Assembly (NCBI GenBank): GCA_964560875.1
Contig: CAZLMW010000025.1
Coordinates: forward strand, 812 to 64,811
Direction of reading: 5' to 3'
DNA: 64,000 nucleotides
Origin: an uncultured Enterobacteriaceae bacterium
GTDB taxonomy: Bacteria > Myxococcota_A > UBA9042
In this document: positions 48,083 to 55,979 of the stretch, piece after piece
Position numbering within the stretch: position 1 is the stretch's first letter
How the letters are laid out: each line of letters starts with the position of its first letter
Translations under genes and position numbers: made by a program
Notes under the pieces: generated by a model
Database searches by the model: none
Told to the model about the DNA's origin: nothing
The model's input: only the letters and a program-made list of their open reading frames with translations

Positions 48083-49135
48083 TTGAAGCTTTCAAGGTTA
48101 TTGCGGTTTTCTTCGTCGTACGCGGCGGGCCACGAGCTCCGCGGGGTTGGGTTGAACCTGACTCGGCGGTGCAACCTGTCGTGCAGCTACTGCCGCATTG
48201 TCGACAACAGCAAGGCCAAGGCGCGACGCGAACTGTCGGTGGCCCAGTGGCGCGATGTCATCGATCGGTTTGTGAAGCATAAGCACGCACATTTTATCTT
48301 TACCGGCGGAGAACCAACGCTTTTTCGCGGTCTGCCAGATCTCGTGGACCACGCCTCCAAGCGGGCGCTGACGTCGATGATCTCGCACACGGGGCTGTTG
48401 GATGACGCGCTGTTCGACCGACTGCGAAACCTCGACTTCCTGTGCATGTCCTTCGATACGATGCGCGGCGCGGCCCGTCCAAACGATGCCGATGGCTTGC
48501 AAAAGGACCCAAGCCAGCGCCTCGCCTATCTCGCCGGGAAATGCCGCGCACACAGCATCGAATTGAGCGCGATCGTCACGGTAACTTCTCGAAACGTAGA
48601 TGAAATTGTGCCGATCGCCGAGCTCCTCGATAGCCATGGTGTCGCCGTGCAGATGTCGCTGATTCACTCCGATCCAGGTCACTGGGATTTCCGCAACCAC
48701 ACGCCCGGGCTCGAGTTCCGCACTGCTGAGCAGCACGCCGCACTCTCTGCGCTCGCCGAGACGCTCATCGGGATGCGCAAACGCGGCGTGAACATCGCCG
48801 AATCCGAAGCGTGGCTGCGCGCGATGCCCGAGTACGCCGCCGGACGCTTCGAGATCGACTGTCCCGCCGCCGATCCGTTCGTCACCGTGGACTACGACGG
48901 CCGCATCAAGGCGTGCCACGACACACCGGCATCGGACGTCAGCGCGCTGGAGTTCACCGATATCCGCGCGATGCGTCGCGAGGTCCGGACGACGGTCAAG
49001 CCCGGCTGCAACTGCTTGTACGACTGCTATTTCGAAGCCCGCCGCGGCCCGGCAGCCGATCTTCAGCGGTTCGCGCGACGCATTCGCACAACGGCCATGG
49101 CGTCGGTCCGAGGGGCATCAAGCGCTTTGGGTTGA
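48083..49135 (+). CDS. Radical SAM protein with a C-terminal twitch/SPASM-like Cys cluster
   Basis: CNLSCSYC, FTGGEP and C-terminal CPAA...DG.IKAC...CNCLYDC. Confidence 0.9.
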   Translation: MKLSRLLRFSSSYAAGHELRGVGLNLTRRCNLSCSYCRIVDNSKAKARRELSVAQWRDVIDRFVKHKHAHFIFTGGEPTLFRGLPDLVDHASKRALTSMISHTGLLDDALFDRLRNLDFLCMSFDTMRGAARPNDADGLQKDPSQRLAYLAGKCRAHSIELSAIVTVTSRNVDEIVPIAELLDSHGVAVQMSLIHSDPGHWDFRNHTPGLEFRTAEQHAALSALAETLIGMRKRGVNIAESEAWLRAMPEYAAGRFEIDCPAADPFVTVDYDGRIKACHDTPASDVSALEFTDIRAMRREVRTTVKPGCNCLYDCYFEARRGPAADLQRFARRIRTTAMASVRGASSALG

Positions 49136-49903
49136 CGCGATCACGCGTGCGGCCGCGATGAGCTCTTCTTCGCCGAGTTTCAGGTCAAAGAGCGTGGCGC
49201 GCGTGGCACCCGGGATGTCGCCGAGCATGTCGAGCAGGTCGATGCGGCGCTCCGTGACGAGGGCTCGACCGACCAGGTGCACGAGCTCACTTTCCATCTC
49301 GAGGCGTTTGGGGACCGCGCAGGAGAAATCGCATGCGCTCGGCAGGTCGCCGCAATGCACGCAGAACGTGGAGCAGCTCAGCAGCATGTGTCCGTACGCG
49401 ATCACGTCGCGGGCGATGTTGGCGTCGGCTTCGAGCAGCGAGCGGCGCAGAAATCGGGGACGAACGTACGCGACGGGGGCGATGGCCTGCGCGACCTCGG
49501 CGGCTGCGGGGTTGGCGATGTCGGCGTGAAGCACGTGCGTCTTTGCTGGCGCGCTCTCCGCCAAGCGCGCGAGAAACCCGATGTCGCCGCAGATCCACCC
49601 GTCGACGTCGTCCTGCAGCGCTTCGCAGAGCCGCCACAAAGCCGCCCATTCGCCCTGTTTGACGGTCACCGGTAGCTGCAGAAGAAGCGCTCGACCTGCG
49701 CCGCGAACGTGGTCGCGCAGTCGTCGCCAACCGCCGCGCGCCGCCGCGTCGCCAAGCATGTGTTCGAGGCGAAACGTGCACGACGGATCGCCGATAACCA
49801 CCGTATCGAGCGCGCCGCGGATCGATGCGTCCAGATCAAATCGATCGAGTATCGAGCGGGCGCGCCCGTAATCGAAGTTGAGGGCCTGGTAGGTGAGCTT
49901 CAC
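49118..49903 (-). CDS. ubiV: U32-family Fe-S protein, UbiV-like
   Basis: By-eye alignment to E. coli UbiV: DTVVIGDPSCTFR vs DVIYLGEAVCSKR, YGHMLLSCSTFC vs YGHLPLAYSARC, and SACDFSC vs DECETCC. All four Fe-S Cys positions are present. Orthology is unproven. Confidence 0.72.
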   Translation of the reverse strand: MKLTYQALNFDYGRARSILDRFDLDASIRGALDTVVIGDPSCTFRLEHMLGDAAARGGWRRLRDHVRGAGRALLLQLPVTVKQGEWAALWRLCEALQDDVDGWICGDIGFLARLAESAPAKTHVLHADIANPAAAEVAQAIAPVAYVRPRFLRRSLLEADANIARDVIAYGHMLLSCSTFCVHCGDLPSACDFSCAVPKRLEMESELVHLVGRALVTERRIDLLDMLGDIPGATRATLFDLKLGEEELIAAARVIASTQSA

Positions 49904-49921
49904 GCGGACGTCACATTCGCT

Positions 49922-51022
49922 TCAGGGCAACGGCCCACGCCACATCGGTACGGGATCCTGGCCACTGCCAACACCGCGCGCGGCCGCCGCTTTCAGCTGG
50001 TCGAGCATTGCAGTGCCGCCGCCGGTCTGCAGGCCATTGGCGATCGTGTCGGCCGCGAACCGCAGCGCGTTTTCGACACCCGGGGATGCATGCTGGTCGC
50101 GCGTGTAATCGCCTTCGACGTAGCGTCCGTCGGTCACTTCGAAGCCGAGAGCCTGGTTGTGCAGCGCCCGCGTCCAGCGCTGCGCGACGGTGTATCGCTC
50201 GCCGCGTGTTCGGCACGCCTTGGCGTGGTCGATCGCCTCCCGAAAAACGGAGGTCACGGCGCGAACGAACGCTTCGGACCGGTGCCGACCCTCGATTTTA
50301 AGAACATCGATCCCGTAATGAAGACATAGCGGAAGATAGCGAAGAATCGCGTAGTACTTCATAAATATGGGGCGCTCGCCGAAACGCTGGGCCTCGGTGT
50401 CTGCGGCCTCGTCCACCGCGCTGGGTGAACCTGGTCCGGGCAAGACGCGGACCTTCTGAGCGCAGTGCACGTTGCATGGGCTGCCCGACCAGTGGTCGCC
50501 CATGTAGCAAACAGAATCGCGGGCGTTGCACATGTAGCCGTACGCGAACAGCTCCACTTCCACGCCAGCCTCGGCGATGGCGGCGGCTTCGAGGAGCGTC
50601 GTGTCGCGGTCGAGCACGACACGATGGGCGCCGATCGCGGCGAGATGGCGGGCTGTCTCGCGGTTTGTGCACTGGCCCTGGACCGAAAATGTGATCCGCA
50701 GTCCCGGGTGGTTTTCGGCCGTCCAGCTCAGCAGCCCGGGATCGGCCACGATGACGCCGGTGATGCCCTGCCCTGCCACGCGATCGATGCGCTCTTTGAC
50801 GGCGGCAAGCTCCGCCGGCGGGTACGACGAATTGAACGTCAGCAACACATCGGCGCGTGTCTTGGCCGCGGAAACCAGCGCGCGAAGCTCATCGAGATCG
50901 AGGTTGCGGCACTGGCTGCGTTGATGTGGCAGGTCGGAAAAACCCACGTAGACGGAGTCGGCGCCCGCGTCGATGGCGGCAAGCGCGCTCGATAGGGATC
51001 CTGCAGGCGCGTTCAAGAGCAT
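49922..51022 (-). CDS. ubiU: U32-family Fe-S protein, UbiU-like
   Basis: APAGS...AAIDAGADSVYVG, SVQ, ELFAYGYMC......C, CNVHC and LKIEGRHRS. The C-terminal FREAID...W...L...G resembles UbiU. Alternative start at 51088. Orthology is unproven. Confidence 0.78.
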   Translation of the reverse strand: MLLNAPAGSLSSALAAIDAGADSVYVGFSDLPHQRSQCRNLDLDELRALVSAAKTRADVLLTFNSSYPPAELAAVKERIDRVAGQGITGVIVADPGLLSWTAENHPGLRITFSVQGQCTNRETARHLAAIGAHRVVLDRDTTLLEAAAIAEAGVEVELFAYGYMCNARDSVCYMGDHWSGSPCNVHCAQKVRVLPGPGSPSAVDEAADTEAQRFGERPIFMKYYAILRYLPLCLHYGIDVLKIEGRHRSEAFVRAVTSVFREAIDHAKACRTRGERYTVAQRWTRALHNQALGFEVTDGRYVEGDYTRDQHASPGVENALRFAADTIANGLQTGGGTAMLDQLKAAAARGVGSGQDPVPMWRGPLP

Positions 51023-51184
51023 GGCAGCGTTGGCCTCGGGGTGTGGAAGATCGCCCACCGGCCTATACTGCACGTCCGGTTGCCGCACTCAAAGCGCCAC
51101 CGGCCCGCTCGCCCCACCATTTGAGCCCCGCACGGCGCCGTCCTGGCCGTGGTCGGTCGCTCGCATCGAACCGGCTTTCCCGCC

Positions 51185-51637
51185 ATGACCGACGTCACAC
51201 GCGACCGCAACGCTTACCGATTCCACACCGAGGTGCGCGTGCGTCTCAGCGAGACCGACGCTGTAGGAATCGTCTTCTTCGGCAGCTACTCCACATACAT
51301 GGACGTCGGTCGGATGGACTACCTGGAAAACCTCGGCCTGACGCGGCTGGGTGGGGCGGTTCGTGACCTGATCCCGGGCGCTGTGGTGGCGTCGTCGGCG
51401 CAATTTCACCGGCCGGCTCGCTACAATGATGTGCTGGAGCTGAATGTGCGCGTCTCGCGGCTTGGGACGACCAGCTATACGTTCCACTTTCTCATCGCGA
51501 ACAAACGCTCGGCGGAGACCGTGGCCACCGGGGCGCTGACGCTTGTTTGGCTGGACGACGACTTCAAACCGACGTCGCTCCCCGAGGAATTTCGCGACGC
51601 GATCGTCGGCTTCGAGGGCACCAACATCGACGCCTGA
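51185..51637 (+). CDS. Acyl-CoA thioesterase (4HBT/YbgC hotdog fold)
   Basis: VRVRLSETDAVGIVFFGSY..YMDVGR and FHRPARYND motifs. Confidence 0.92.
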   Translation: MTDVTRDRNAYRFHTEVRVRLSETDAVGIVFFGSYSTYMDVGRMDYLENLGLTRLGGAVRDLIPGAVVASSAQFHRPARYNDVLELNVRVSRLGTTSYTFHFLIANKRSAETVATGALTLVWLDDDFKPTSLPEEFRDAIVGFEGTNIDA

Positions 51638-51643
51638 CGCCGA

Positions 51644-52381
51644 TCAGAAGCCAATGCGGCGCATCACGAATCGCGGCAGCTGCCGGATCACCAACATCAC
51701 GAGGCCCCAAATCGGCGGCGCGTAGACGACCGGTGTGCCCTTGTCGATCGCCTTGAGCACGGTTTTGGCCACGCCCTCGGGTTCTCCCGCGAACGGGGGA
51801 GGCTTCAAGCCAGCGGTCATCGATGTCTTCACGAAGCCAGGCCGCACAGCGACCGTCACGAGTCCGTCGGCTCGGAATTTGTGGTCGAGGCCGTCGAGAT
51901 AATGGGTGAGGCCGGCTTTGGTCGCGCCGTACAAGATGACGGGTTTGCGCGCTCGATCCCCAGCCACAGACGAGAACACGCACAGGGTCCCGCCGCCTCG
52001 TGCCAGCAGCCGCTTACGGATGTGCTCGCACAGGACGATCGTGTTGGTGAAGTTGGCATCGAGTACGTCGCGGGTGCGGTCGGTGTCGTCTTCCAGCGCT
52101 TGCTGGGTGCCGAACTGGGCTGCGGTGATGATGGCGCAATCAAATGTGCCAAGGGCCTCGTCGGCGGCATCGAGCGCGGGCAAGAAGGTCGCGGGATCGG
52201 CGAGATCGCAGGTGCCGATCGCTACCCTTGCGCCGTTGCCGCGCACCCGGAGGTCGGCGGCGCTCTTTTCGAGGTCAGCGGCGTTGCGTCCCAGGAGCAC
52301 GAGATCGTCCCCGCGCTCGGCCATCAAGCGGGCCAACGAACGTCCCATGCCGCGCGTCGCGCCGAGGATCACTGCTTTCAT
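51644..52381 (-). CDS. dprE2: Short-chain dehydrogenase/reductase, DprE2-like
   Basis: ILGATRGMG, SSVAGDRAR, YGATKAG (YxxxK) and RPGFVKTSMT. It lies directly downstream of the DprE1-like gene. Confidence 0.82.
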   Translation of the reverse strand: MKAVILGATRGMGRSLARLMAERGDDLVLLGRNAADLEKSAADLRVRGNGARVAIGTCDLADPATFLPALDAADEALGTFDCAIITAAQFGTQQALEDDTDRTRDVLDANFTNTIVLCEHIRKRLLARGGGTLCVFSSVAGDRARKPVILYGATKAGLTHYLDGLDHKFRADGLVTVAVRPGFVKTSMTAGLKPPPFAGEPEGVAKTVLKAIDKGTPVVYAPPIWGLVMLVIRQLPRFVMRRIGF

Positions 52382-52438
52382 GGTGGGTCTCGATGAGCGT
52401 CATGTTCTGTCGCCCCGATGCGGGACGCAGACCGGTCT

Positions 52439-53806
52439 TCAGGTGGGGTCGCCCAGAAGACGCACACTCTGCGCGCTCCGTATGCGGCGGTCCGGGTCCC
52501 ACTTGTCGCGCACCGCGGCGAACCTTGGCAAGCGGGGCTCCATGGCGGCGAGGTGTTCGGGCCGCGTGAAGCGGTCCTTGGCGAGATAAATGCGGCCGCC
52601 GGTGGCGATGACGGCTTCGTTGAGCTTGTCGACCAGCGCCTGGGTGTCGTCGCGGCACGGGATGTCCAGCGCGATCGACGTGCCGGGCCGGGGAAACGAC
52701 AGGATCCCGTCACCTTCGGGGCCGCAGTCCTTGAGCACGCAGAGAAAAGACGCGCCGCCCAGGCCGGTGAGCACCTCGAGGAACTGGCGAACAGCGCCGA
52801 GGCCAGCGTCGTCGGGGATGACACATTGGAACTGCGTGAAGCCGCGAGGGCCGTACAGCAGGTTCCAGTGCAGGACGCGATCGAGCGGATACCAAAAGGC
52901 TTCCGGGTGCACGATCGCCTTGCGCATGCCGCGGCCGTGCTTGTGGTAGATGAGCCAGTTGAAGAGCCGCATCGTCAGGCCGTTGAGCAACCACGACGGG
53001 GTCTCGAACGGCGCGCGCAGCTGCAAGGGTGGCTTGGGGAAGTGTTTGGGCGCGATTTCCCTGGCCGCCCACCGACCGCGAAAGAGGATGCCGCGGCCCA
53101 TGTTCTCGCCGCGTTGCAGGCAGTCGATCCAGCCCATCGTCATCGGCCAATTGGCGCTCGCATCCTTCAACCCGGCGATGAAGTCGTCGAAGTTGTCGAA
53201 ACGCTCCGTCTCCTGTTCGACCCACGGGCTGGTCACGCGATGCATCCGAAAGCTGACCTCGAGGATATGGCCAGTGAGCCCCATGCCGCCGATCGTGGCG
53301 CGAAAGAGCTCGCCTTCCTCATCCCGCGAGCACCAGATCAGGCCGCCGTTGGGGACGCGGAGCAGCAGGCGTGTCACGTGGGCGCCGAAACAGCCGTTGA
53401 CGTGGTGATTCTTGCCGTGGACATCCGCCGCGACCATGCCGCCGACCGTCACGAACGCGGTGCCGGGCGACACGGGTACGAACCAGTTGCGCGGCAGGAA
53501 GATGCGGTTGAGCTCGCGCAGCGAAAGGCCGGCTTCGACGTGGATGTCGCCGGTTTGCTCATTGAACGCGAGGATCCGATCGGCAAGGCGTGTGCCGGCG
53601 ACGTCCAGCGTGCCGACGGGCGGCAAAGACGAGTCGCCGTACGAGCGACCGAGACCGCGCGTGAGGATCATCCCATCGGTCAACGAGCCGAGGTCTTCGC
53701 CAACCAGCTCGCGTCCGGGCCCGAAAATGCGGCCCCAGCCGGCGAGCTGTGGAACGTCGGTGGATTTGGGCGCCGAGAGCGCGCTGTCGGTAGGAGATGC
53801 GCTCAC
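52439..53806 (-). CDS. dprE1: FAD-binding oxidoreductase, DprE1-like (decaprenylphosphoryl-ribose 2'-oxidase family)
   Basis: RGLGRSYGD, VSPGT.FVTVGG..A.DVHGKNHH, GGMGLTG, YGPRGFTQFQ, LSFP and GRIYLAKD. Start GTG 53806 inferred. Confidence 0.88.
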   Translation of the reverse strand: MSASPTDSALSAPKSTDVPQLAGWGRIFGPGRELVGEDLGSLTDGMILTRGLGRSYGDSSLPPVGTLDVAGTRLADRILAFNEQTGDIHVEAGLSLRELNRIFLPRNWFVPVSPGTAFVTVGGMVAADVHGKNHHVNGCFGAHVTRLLLRVPNGGLIWCSRDEEGELFRATIGGMGLTGHILEVSFRMHRVTSPWVEQETERFDNFDDFIAGLKDASANWPMTMGWIDCLQRGENMGRGILFRGRWAAREIAPKHFPKPPLQLRAPFETPSWLLNGLTMRLFNWLIYHKHGRGMRKAIVHPEAFWYPLDRVLHWNLLYGPRGFTQFQCVIPDDAGLGAVRQFLEVLTGLGGASFLCVLKDCGPEGDGILSFPRPGTSIALDIPCRDDTQALVDKLNEAVIATGGRIYLAKDRFTRPEHLAAMEPRLPRFAAVRDKWDPDRRIRSAQSVRLLGDPT

Positions 53807-53834
53807 AGGTGCACCGGGAAAGGGCTGGGCCGGC

Positions 53835-55343
53835 TCAGCTGCAGACGCCGCCGATGTTCTTGCACTTCTTGTCCTTCGAGCACGCGTCGGACTTGGCGCA
53901 GTCGGCGTCGGTAAGGACGGTGCAGACCTGGTCTTTGAGCGAGCAGTGGCCATCTTTCTTGCATCCTTCGGACTGTTCGCAGTCAGACTTGCTGCCCACG
54001 ATGCACTTTTCGTTGCCCAGCGTGCACCAGCCCTTTTTCTGGCAAAACGACGACCCTTTGCAGTCCGCGCTGGTCTTGGCGATGCAGGCGCCGTCTTTGG
54101 CTCCGCACTCGCCCCAGTCGAAACACGCGATGGAGCTCTTACAATCCGCGTCGCCGCCGACCGTGCAGCTGCCGGCTTTAAGCGTGCACTTTCCGTTCTG
54201 CACACAGTTCTGGCTCTTCTTGCAGTCCGCGCCGATGACGGCAACGCATACGCCCTGCTTTTCGCCGCATTTTCCGTCGAACTTGCAGGTGTCGGATTGC
54301 TTGCAGTCGGCCGTGCTTCCGACGCGGCAAACGTTGCCCTTGAGGGTGCAGAAGCCCGCCGTCTTGCAGAGCTTGGACTTGGCGCAATCCGCGCCGCTGA
54401 CGGCGACGCACTTGCCGCCGGTGAAGCCGCACAGACCCTCGTTCACGCACAGGTCGGACGGCTTGCAGTCCTTGGCGTCTCCCACCACGCACTTGCCGTC
54501 TTTGGCGGTGCACTTGCCCTGCGTCGTGCACGCGACCGCGCCCTTGCAGTCCACGCACTTGCCCTTCTCGGCGATGCATTTGCCGTCGTTCTTGCAGACG
54601 TTGGCGCCCTTGCAGTCGGCGTGGGAGAGCACGGCGCACTTGGTGCCTGAGACCGAACACGCGCCGTAGGACGTGCAGTCATTGCTCTGCTTGCAGTCGG
54701 CGTCGTTGCCCGCGATGCACTCACCGCCGGACAGGGTGCACTTGCCGCTCTCTTTGCAGCCCGATTCTTTCTTGCAGTCGAGCGTTTTGCTGTGCACGCA
54801 TGAGCCGTTCTTCGCGAAGCACTTTCCGAACGTGTTGCAGTCGCTCTTGCAGTCCTGGTCGCATTCGATGGATTTCTTGCGGAAGCCGGCTTCGGTCTTG
54901 CAGTACTGGTCGCCGCTCGTCGTGCAAACGAGCCCCTCTTTGCAGTCGTTGCTGTACTCGCAGAGCTGGCATAGACCCTTGCCCGGGCCGGTCGCTTCGC
55001 CGTCCTCGCCGCTGGTCGCATCGCCACCGGTCGCGCCGCCATCAGCTTGGGCCGCAGCTCCGCACAACGTGATCTTCTTGCCGGCGCTGTCGGTCGACGC
55101 GACGCATTGTTTGCCGCCGGTGCACGTCTCGATCTTCGTCCAGGTGCCGCCGGTGCACTTCAACCTCGTGAAACCGACGCACGCTTCGGTGTCTTTGGCC
55201 TGGTCGCAGGCGTATCCCGGGTAGATTTTGGCCGGAATGTTCGCCGTCTCTTCCTCGCCGCCACATCCGACGAGCAAAACGAGCACCGCAGCGCCGAGCC
55301 ACCCACCAGCCACCGCCGTACGGGATGTCGTGAAGTTGGCCAT
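53835..55343 (-). CDS. Cys-rich tandem-repeat lipoprotein (13 x about 27-aa C-x5-C-x5-C-x6-C units)
   Basis: Lipobox LLVGC. Repeats such as ADCKQSDTCKFDGKCGEKQGVCVAVIG occupy about 53838-54863. Confidence 0.88.
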   Translation of the reverse strand: MANFTTSRTAVAGGWLGAAVLVLLVGCGGEEETANIPAKIYPGYACDQAKDTEACVGFTRLKCTGGTWTKIETCTGGKQCVASTDSAGKKITLCGAAAQADGGATGGDATSGEDGEATGPGKGLCQLCEYSNDCKEGLVCTTSGDQYCKTEAGFRKKSIECDQDCKSDCNTFGKCFAKNGSCVHSKTLDCKKESGCKESGKCTLSGGECIAGNDADCKQSNDCTSYGACSVSGTKCAVLSHADCKGANVCKNDGKCIAEKGKCVDCKGAVACTTQGKCTAKDGKCVVGDAKDCKPSDLCVNEGLCGFTGGKCVAVSGADCAKSKLCKTAGFCTLKGNVCRVGSTADCKQSDTCKFDGKCGEKQGVCVAVIGADCKKSQNCVQNGKCTLKAGSCTVGGDADCKSSIACFDWGECGAKDGACIAKTSADCKGSSFCQKKGWCTLGNEKCIVGSKSDCEQSEGCKKDGHCSLKDQVCTVLTDADCAKSDACSKDKKCKNIGGVCS

Positions 55344-55397
55344 GGCTCCTCCTCGGGCGACAGATGGTGCGTCGCGCGGACCGTTTCCTGCACCACC

Positions 55398-55928
55398 CTA
55401 CGGAACGCCGACGACGTCGATAGTGGCTTTGTTGCGGCGCAGGGCTGTCCAGGTCGTGGTCTCGACCTCCAACTCGCTGGTCTCGGGCAGCAATCCAGCG
55501 CGCAGCAGCCACCGATCCGATGGCAGGCCGCCCTTGGTGAGTTCACCGACCCGGCGGTTCAACTCCGCGGTGATGAAAAGCCGCAATCTGGGCAGCCACT
55601 TGGAGACGTCGCGTTCGATCGGAAAGACGTCCACGAAGATGACGTTCGGCTCGTCTTCGCCGGCCCATGGCACGTCGTTGGCGCTGGGCACGCGATGAGC
55701 CTGTGGGTGGAAGTGAACCTGCACGAGCTGGCGATATTCAGAGCCGGCGTCCGCCCCGCTGACCACGCTGTCATGCGGTCGCGCATTGACGGGCGTGTCG
55801 GCGAAATGCACCGCGAGATGGACGCGTGCGCCGCCTTGCTCGCCGACCGCTGTTTCGAGGTCGCTGTACTTGAGCGGGTGATGAACGGTGCGAGGCGATC
55901 GGCCTCGGGTGACGTGTTTGATGATCAT
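55398..55928 (-). CDS. Hypothetical protein
   Basis: The 176-aa ORF fills the gap between co-oriented genes (about 51 and 54 bp spacers) and has globular composition. No motif recognised. Confidence 0.6.
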   Translation of the reverse strand: MIIKHVTRGRSPRTVHHPLKYSDLETAVGEQGGARVHLAVHFADTPVNARPHDSVVSGADAGSEYRQLVQVHFHPQAHRVPSANDVPWAGEDEPNVIFVDVFPIERDVSKWLPRLRLFITAELNRRVGELTKGGLPSDRWLLRAGLLPETSELEVETTTWTALRRNKATIDVVGVP

Positions 55929-55979
55929 GGGCCGATGGTATCCGACCGCCCCGATCCCGCCAACTGGGGCGCCATGGGC

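Noticed and set aside
52439-54244. 601-aa ORF as an extended DprE1
   Set aside because: The N-terminal 146 codons are an alternative frame of the Cys-repeat lipoprotein gene.
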